Below, in pieces: positions 55,811-64,000 of a stretch of 64,000 bases of DNA. The position numbers were made by a program, and so were the translations under genes. Under the pieces are notes generated by a model. It was not told the origin of the DNA and searched no databases. It saw only the letters and a program-made list of their open reading frames with translations. Each line of letters opens with the position of its first letter. Position 1 is the first letter of the stretch. This DNA is from Phoronis australis (taxonomy: Eukaryota > Animalia > Phoronida): contig NMRA01000141.1 of assembly GCA_002633005.1 (NCBI GenBank), positions 669,609 through 733,608 on the forward strand, written 5' to 3'.

Positions 55811-58800
55811 GTAGCTGCGGCGCATTAATATTATGTTCAACAACCGTGACACGCGAGAACACTCGGCTGGCACGCGCCAGAATTTTCACGCTTCACTTCT
55901 TCCATGCAGAACTGTTCTAAACATTTTCCAAAAATGATTTGTTACCCAGACCTCAGCGATACCAAGAGTTTATTCAGGACTTATGCAGTGATACAATTCG
56001 CAATTGTTTTGTTCCCTAGTCTCAGACCACACCTCCGTATGCACATCTAAACCAATCGTTTACGAGCAAAAGCGTTGATATCCTTGTCAATTACAAATAA
56101 GGCCAGCAACAACAATCGGATGTTGGAAAATATAGAAAGCAAACGATGGCACGCGACTGGCATGCTTTATTTGATTTTTCTTTTCACAGGCAACATTTCT
56201 GGATGAGATAAAAACCACTTAATTTAAATCATTAATATCTAGTATTTTTGCAATTCATTAACAGTGTTTTGATACAATTCAATTTCAATATAATGTTCTG
56301 TTTGACCTTTTCTCATCATTTCTCACGAGATTGCACGCCTTGACATTTTTAAATTAAAATCGTTCAGTCACTTATTTCTGAACTTGCGCGGAAGGCTGTT
56401 AGCACTCAAATTGAGCCATTACTCATGACAACGCAGTTCAGATTCCATTATTGTGTATTCGCAGGTCAGAATGCTTATCTACTGCGCGAAATATTGTATA
56501 CAGTTAGATAAGTTGGGCATTAGATTTTCGTTAAATATTTGCCTTCTGAATTTTAATTTATTATGAATGTACTGCGTTATCATTAATTCATACTAATTTT
56601 ACTTTGTTATTGAATTTATTTATTTGTTCTGGAATTCATCTAAGTCAACTTCCTACGAAACTCAGTAATAACTCCTTCATGTATAAAATGTCATTTTGGT
56701 TCACCTTGTTCAATGTTTATTAAACAAAATATTGTCAATTTCGTTAATTGCTACACCCCAACTCATGTTTTTGGAATGTCGATTGGTCTTTTATCTGTAA
56801 CACGTTTTTGAGAACATACCAATTTTTTGTAGATCATGTAACTTAAATGTTGCGCCTACAAATGGCTGCCAGAGTTAAACAGTACTGAACCTCACATCAT
56901 GATCTTGAACATTTGACTGTAAAAATGCAAACACATGCAATGCTGCCATTTATAAAATGTTCGTATTTTACCAACGCGTCTCGATTGAAATATAGTTTTT
57001 CACTTCTTTTTAGCTCAAAACTCAACTGAAGAAATTTTATTGCAAACCAATCTTGTTCACAATTTTAATCAAATTATCTTCTTTTTCGTAATATCAACAA
57101 CAATTATGGTACAGTATAGCTGGGAAATGAGTCAATGTATCCAGATAGAAGATTAATTCCATAGATTCAACTATCAATTAACAAACATGAGAAGGTTTAA
57201 AACAGGGCTATAGCCACAATTGGTAAATGACTACAAAGCAGAAAAGAAACTAAACAAGACAACTATTTTAAACATACATACACCTGTACAATATATGTAA
57301 GTACAAAGTGTCCCAAAATGATCACAAAAATGCGACTCCAAGAGGTGCCAGGATGTGATTTTACTGTGAAACAATTACGTCTTTTCCACCTAAAGAAATC
57401 CCCAAATTTGTCTTGCAAGGCGACGAAGCTGTAAAAGGTGCCAGAGCTGACCCCTGTTGTAAAGAACGAACTGTATTTTCGATTTATGGAACTAGACGTA
57501 ACCTGTTGGGGAGCTCCAGAGCCCACTTCAAGGATTTTTCAACAAAGCCGATACATCGCGATGAAAGAAAATAAAAACAGCTGTGATCATGACCCTCTTT
57601 CAAAAAATAACCAAATGTTTTCAAAATAACCATAATCGCAAACGGAGTTTTCAAAATATTTTTTGAATTGCTGGCGGTGCACCCACAGACAGTGTCCGCC
57701 ACGGTTGAACTTTATTGAAATTCACTTTTTATGAATTGCTAGTAAGAGACGATGATATTCTTTCTGTGATATAAACTGGTGAAAATAAAAGAAAGATTGT
57801 CTTAAAAAGTGAACTATTTTCCGCACGTTTACTAGAGGATTTTGATTTTAATGAAACTGAAAATACAAACGAAACAAATATTTCAGTGGAAATGAAACAT
57901 ATTCTTAGGAATCTCACAAAGCACCAAACCGTTTTCAAAATCAGTTGAATCAATATGGACGTTCCGTTGTTGCCACCATTTCAAATTTCCTGAAATCTGA
58001 ATCATCACGTGGCCATTAACAGTAATTCTGAGTTTTCCTAGTTCTGAAATAGAAATTTTGTCGCTCCCAGAAAGCACATGGCGACATCTATCGATTGTTT
58101 GCATTAGTACAATATCAAAATTTCTGCTACTTCTGTTACAGTGATTTGATTGTTATATGTATTTAAAGGGCTTATCCACACGAATAAACATATTACTGAT
58201 CTTAAAATTATCAGAACAATTTACAAAAGGAAAAATAGAGTGGGCAATTCTGAAAATTTACACATGAAAATAATTGATAAAAATATAGTAAAAGTATGAT
58301 CTAAATCAATATGGCAGAGTATGAGTTACGAAAACAGTAAAACGATGACATTTTGCAAGATGTGTACGTGGATTTTTTATTTGCTACCCGAAATGTTAAG
58401 AAAATGGTTATAGGCACCTGAGCGTGGTCGCCGTGTTTGTGGTGGGATGATATTTGAACGGAGAACTTGGGCACCAGCTGTGTAATCCCACTCGTGAACA
58501 GCCTGTAGAGCGCAATGTTGTCACATTTGCGGGCCTTATGCCTGAGCTAACATACAGCGTTTTGGGCGAATTGGAGAGCAAAAAAAATTAATGATGGGCC
58601 ATTTAACGAAAAATTGTTGGCGTCGTCCCGAACTTTGAATAAAATCTGAACAAGAGACTGTGTGTATTCGCTTGACAATAACGATATGATTCTCAAAATT
58701 AGACAAGGAGTGAGGAGGCGGGGCCGGTAAATTGCTTGTCAAAAACGGCATCCCGCATCAAAGTTTTTACACTCTCAAACGAAGCACTGCCAGCTTTGCT

Positions 58801-58823
58801 CGCCGAAATCTTAACAGCTGCAA

Positions 58824-59095
58824 TTGATTTACTTCACCGGTTTCACCGCATCAAGCGGGTAAAACATCTGGCGTGGGTTCAATTGACGCTAGGACCTACA
58901 CTAGGACCTAGCTAAAATCTAGTCAAAGTCACGTGCTCTCATTTGAAATACACAGCAATATCTCACGTAATTTCGCGAAGTGTTGCTTTGTAGCGATGTC
59001 CTAGCGTTACTGAACGGAAAGCTGGTTGCTTCTTGACCACAATCAATCAGATGTTTAACCTGGTTGACCCGGTGGAACCGGCGAACTCGGTCAAG
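58824..59095. repeat. ~50 bp imperfect inverted repeat pair, probable MITE remnant
   Basis: ttcaccggtttcaccgcatcaagcgggtaaaacatctg versus cagatgtttaacctggttgacccggtggaaccggcgaa. Confidence 0.6.
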
Positions 59096-59763
59096 TACAG
59101 TCATTGACAGCGACTATGCGCGACATCTATTTATTAACTTTTGCTGACTTTATTCTTGGCATGGCAACCAACTGATCGTAGAGTGCCTCTCCGGTTGTGT
59201 GTCGTCCGCGTATACACGTGTAAGCCCTGAAAACACAGCATGCTGACGGCGTTTTTGCCAATTCTGTAAGGCCCCTTGTGTTATTGCATGAGAAAAATGA
59301 ATTTACAATGTATTCAAGAGTTTTTGAAAACCAACGTCACGCTCCCGCATCCTCCGCTTGTTCGGTTTCCGAAAAGACTGTCAACATGAGCCGAGCCCCT
59401 GTAGGCCTATGCTTTTACCTAGCAAGATGAGACTTAAGTGCTAGATAATGTATGTACTGGGTCAGTTTTAGAATAAATACCTGAAAATATACGGAAAAGA
59501 AGATTAAAAGAGTGTCTGCAGCATGCCGAGGGAGAAAAAAATCATAATTACGAAAGAAACATTTTGTCTTTTATACTCCTGATTTGGCCAATTCAGGATA
59601 TTTCACTTACTATAAAAGGCTTTTTGAGCTTTTGCTATAAAAAGGACAATTCTCCAAGCTTAAAATATAGCGCGATTCGTGCGAACAGCCCAATCGATCA
59701 AGGGTTTTACAGCTAATAGGTAGCGCTCCACGCAATAACAAGTCATACGTGCAATGATACGCC

Positions 59764-61215
59764 ATAAAATGTTACAATTTCGTAAAATGTAACTGTTGTT
59801 ACATTTCAAGCTGCTAGGTTTCTCCTAAAATGTAACAAGTTGTTACATTTTATGTAATTGTTACAATTTACGTCGAACGCACATGCGAGAAATGTACCAT
59901 TGTTACATTTTACGAAAGCGACGTCATCTTTCATGAGTTTGCATGAATAATGGGGCCCGTTCCACATAAAACTGTTACTTATTTTGTATGTCCGTTACCA
60001 GCTATTTTAATCACCCAGTGACGGCAGCCATAGCCGACTAGTCGCTTGTCCTCGAAAAATGTCTACCTTCATAATTCAACTTTAAGCAATTTTTGAACTT
60101 ACATAGTGGAACGAGCCCCAGTTCTTTGAAAGGGAATGTTTTCAACAAGAGACAAAAAAATGATAACACGGTGAGTATCCTCACGTTTAGATGTAAGTAG
60201 CAAGTAAGATTATAGTCTGAATTCAATTCTTCGTGGCAAACTATAGAAGGATATAGTCATATTTACAAACAATACCGTGCTTGGTGATGGATCAGAAATA
60301 ATCAATTTTTGAAATGCCGCACGTCTAAACCAGAATATTAATCACAACCTCCTCATTTCCAAAAAGTAGGCCTACTCTACATCCACAGCTGCCATGACGT
60401 TTCTCACAATATCGGTAAAGTTGAACATAGGAACCTCTTTGAGCACTCGCTGTCCATTAAGGGAAACCCGTTGAAAACATTGAACCATACATGAGATGAT
60501 TTTAAAATTTTTGAGGACCATGCTGTATTAGCACTTTGCTAAAACATTCATTATTTATATTGCACTGTATCATTGTTAAATAAATTCAAAAATATTAATG
60601 ATAATAACGATAATGATAATGATAACGATAACGATATCGATAACGAGTAATAGAAGTGAAAGTAGAAATAGTAGTAATAGCAGTAATAGTAACGTAATAG
60701 TAATAAAAATGATAATGGTAGCCAAGCTTATGCCGTGTCAGTCCGGAAGAGGTATACGAAAAGTGTCACCCAAAAGGGTGTTTTTTTTCACAGCAAAAAG
60801 TACTCTCTGCCATTTTCAATAAAATACTATCTAAAAGGGTGCTTTTTCTGAATTTATGGAAAAGAAATGTGCGAACATGTGAATTTTACACAAAAAAAGT
60901 CTCTAAATGGGTCACTTTTTTGCCCAAGCCCACTCCCTAAACGGGTAGGTATTCAAATTTTTCGGGCGGCATCCCTCGCCCAAAAATACTCAAGTACCTC
61001 CTGGCCGTGTCAGAAACTACTTGTTCGTGATTTTGGTCATTTTTTGTAATATGACGTTGGTTGCGTAAAATGTAAAAATGGTACATTTCTCGCATGTGCA
61101 TTCGACGTAAAATGTAACAACTACGTAAAATGTAACGACTTGTTACATTTTAGGAGAGGCTTAGCAACATAAAATGTAACAATGACGTAAAATGTAAAAG
61201 TTGTTACATTTTACG
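59764..61215. mobile_element. Foldback-like element with ~150 bp internally repetitive inverted arms
   Basis: Arms 59764-59927 and 61051-61215 are built of aaaatgtaac/gttacatttt modules plus cgcacatgcgagaaatgtacc / ggtacatttctcgcatgtgc. Confidence 0.75.
60742..61004. mobile_element. MITE with 9 bp target-site duplication (Mutator-like), nested in the foldback element
   Basis: ccgtgtcag at 60733-60741 and 61005-61013. Ends ccggaagaggta / tacctcctgg. Confidence 0.7.
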
Positions 61216-61550
61216 AAATTATCATTTGTTCAAAACAGAAAAAAACGGCATGTCCACCAACACGAAAAATAAACAAAAGTGTGACACATCTGAACACGTG
61301 TTCTCCAGGGAAATTGATGTTGAACATTATCATCAACAATTTCATAATTTCCTGTCCATAAATATTATTCCATGACTGTTGGTGGTAGCAAATACTCAGT
61401 TTTAAATGGCATAATTACACAAACGAAAGTAGTCCGATTCATTAACCAAATGCAACTTTGGAAAGCCTCTACCCTTGGCATTGCCTTGGAATTTTAAATT
61501 TTTACCCCTGAGATGACACTGTTATTGCTGCATCTATTTAACTGTATATT

Positions 61551-61690
61551 CAGTGGCGGATTTAAGGGGGGGGGGTGTCAAGGGGGTCATGCCCCCCTAA
61601 AAATTTTCCCAGATTCCATTTGGCAGTTCGGGGGGAGGGGGTGAGAATGTCTGCCCCCCCCCCTAACTCAAAATCCTGGATTCACCCCTG
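61551..61690. mobile_element. hAT-like MITE (CAGTGGCGGATTT...ATCCTGGATTCACCCCTG)
   Basis: Terminal inverted repeats; near-identical segments in 63192-63511. Confidence 0.7.
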
Positions 61691-62199
61691 ATACTTGATA
61701 CCGAAGTCCATCCCTCACAATGGACACTGTGAGTTATATTCCCTTTGTTTAAGTCGGGAAATCGGGATGAACTGAGTAAGTGTAGGGAGATATCTCTATT
61801 ACAGGCAAGGGGCCCTGGGCTGTCTAAAACGATTTCCAGCCACTAGTCACAGAGTCAAAAGTCGCAGAATGCACTCAGCGTGGAAGTCTTTAAAACTGAG
61901 TTTGAAGAGTCAATTTCGTAACATTAACACTGAAATGGTTCATTTTATTTCTATACAATCTTCCAGGTGATCTGAGTGATAGCACGTGTCTTGATCACCC
62001 CCTTGCCAGGTGTTATGTTCACCATTGATGTTCTGTGCTATTGCGAGGTCAGCTTGGAATGGCAGTCGGATTTTTAAGTTATTCCTTTCTTGTATTCGCA
62101 GTCCCACTGGTGCAGCCACAAGTAGCCAACAGAGGACGCCAAACGCGAAATTGTATGCCCTCGGAATAAATCACAATTAAAGTGATAATGCTAGATATG

Positions 62200-62457
62200 C
62201 ACGTTGAACATTGTGTAATGGTAATATGCACACTACGTTGGGCATGGTTGTACAATGAAAATGCATTGAACATAACGTTGCGCGTGGTTGTACGATGAAA
62301 ATGCATTGGACATTACGTTGCGCGTGGTTGTACAATGAAAATGCAATGAACATTACGTTGCGCGTGGTTGTACAATGAAAATGCATTGAACATTACGTTG
62401 CGCGTGGTTGTTCAATGAGAGTGATATGCACATTACGTTGAGCATTGCTGTACAATA
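62200..62457. repeat. 40 bp minisatellite, about 6 copies
   Basis: gcattgaacattacgttgcgcgtggttgtacaatgaaaat. Confidence 0.92.
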
Positions 62458-63191
62458 CACCTTATTGAAGATAGCAGTTAGTAAATCAGTAGCTAGATTA
62501 AGGGCTGCCATTTTGTGCACCCAAAAACCAAAAATTAGTTGAAAGTTGGTTCGATAGTCTAAAGAGCCGAGAGTACGAAATGAATTTCCCTCGGACGACA
62601 ACGGGCAAGAATTCGAAGCCGGCCGATATTCCGAAAAGTGACGACACTTCGACTCACATATATATGACCATTTGTAAACTTCCGTGAATTTCTTGATGGT
62701 TGAAGCTTGCTATATGTCCAACATCATATCTGCTAACGAGGAAACATATTTACAGTAACTAGTCTTGCTGAACTTGAGGCGAAAGTTACTGAAGTAGACT
62801 ACCAAAATAGAAACCGCTCAAACTTCAGAATGACTAATTCTGCGAAAGAAAGTCTTCTAAGAATTTTAAAATGCCACAATTTTTACGAAAATCCATCACT
62901 TACAAGTAAAAGGTTTTGTTTTTACGGTATGTGTGATTACTTAGGCCCATGCGCCTACATTCGAAGATACGTCCATATTTGGACCTAGGTGTTTGTGCGT
63001 ATACGCAAACCAAATGAGTAAAACAATGTTTCTTAATGCTCTGGCGCACAACATCATTTAAGAAATATGCACTGCTATTCGACTGGCATAATGCATTGAA
63101 GATTCTTGCCAATGAATGATACAGGCTCACTCGGTGTGCCTGGCTTTTTGTGCGTGTTTTACAAACGCATGTACGTGCTTGCACATTAGGT

Positions 63192-63511
63192 CAGTGGCAG
63201 ATTTAAGGGGGCCAAGGGGGCCATGGCCGCCCTAAAATTCTCCAAAATACCATTTGGCAGTTCGGGGTGCGAATTGCTGACTAGCATATGCGCGCATCCA
63301 GGGGGGCTCCTGGGGCGAATGCACAATGCATAGGCCTTGAACAAACCCCGTTTACCGTTTTTTTTTTTGTCTTTTTTTTAGTAATGAGGTCCGCAAACCC
63401 AAAAATTCGAGACCCCTGCATCCCTACATTTTAGGATGGGCGCGCGCATGTGCCGAAATTCTGATTATTCCTGTGCCCTGCCCCCTAACTCAAAATCCTG
63501 GATCCGCCCCC
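63192..63511. mobile_element. hAT-like MITE carrying a nested second MITE (about 63287-63450)
   Basis: Outer ends match 61551-61690; the inner part matches 47527-47784. Confidence 0.7.
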
Positions 63512-64000
63512 GTAAGCTTACAGCCAGATGAAGCACTTATGTTTGGTTTTCAGTTGAAAATTGTGGGCTTATGTTAACATCTATTGACAATTTTCAAAAA
63601 TTGCACCCCCAAAAAGCATCTATTTAAAAGAAGAAATTTGCATGAATCGGATTTTAGAAAGTTTTGAGTGACTTTCAAGGAAAATCCGCTCACAATGCCA
63701 GACTCTAAACTCAATCGTGCATTTTTACCCAACAATTTGAACTTTGTAACTTTTGCTTTTGCGACGATGAAGATTCTATGTTGATTCATATAATGGTATT
63801 ATTCATGCAGATTGTTGTTTTTTTGACGGAGTGACAATACACGTTTTCATCGTTAACGGAATAGCTTGCACGTGGCATTCAGTTAAAAGTATGCTTAGCG
63901 TTCAAAAAATATATTGCTTCCGAAATAATGCCCATATTTCCATCAGCGATTTTCAGAAAAAAAGCATTCGATAGGGGCGCTCTATCAAGGCTGGTGTTGG

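Noticed and set aside
62200-62457. 40 bp repeats and ORFs 62079-62601 as CRISPR or a repeat protein
   Set aside because: Head-to-tail minisatellite without spacers; the ORFs are by-products of the repeat.

Overview
AT-rich, intron-rich animal DNA, most likely from an invertebrate bilaterian; nearly all listed six-frame ORFs are spurious. Two convergent spliced genes are present. The + strand carries the last three coding exons and long 3' UTR of EXD2 (2054-5370). The - strand carries a complete COE/EBF (collier/knot/unc-3 family) transcription factor gene: 15 coding exons from ATG 55424 to TGA 11051, about 566 aa if all exons are joined, all GT-AG introns with consistent phase, a single non-duplicated HLH helix 2 and a 24.9 kb intron 6. 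The two genes appear to end tail-to-tail at about 7.9 kb. Introns and flanks hold many non-autonomous DNA transposons/MITEs (including a 1.7 kb TTAA-flanked Kolobok-like element with a decayed THAP ORF), tRNA-derived SINE-like heads, minisatellites, long hairpins and a ~1.5 kb duplication across a single N that is probably an assembly artefact. I found no convincing wholly new biological system. The best leads are alternative COE C-termini, candidate micro-exons in the DBD-IPT linker, abutting or overlapping 3' ends, and a regulatory-looking giant intron 6.
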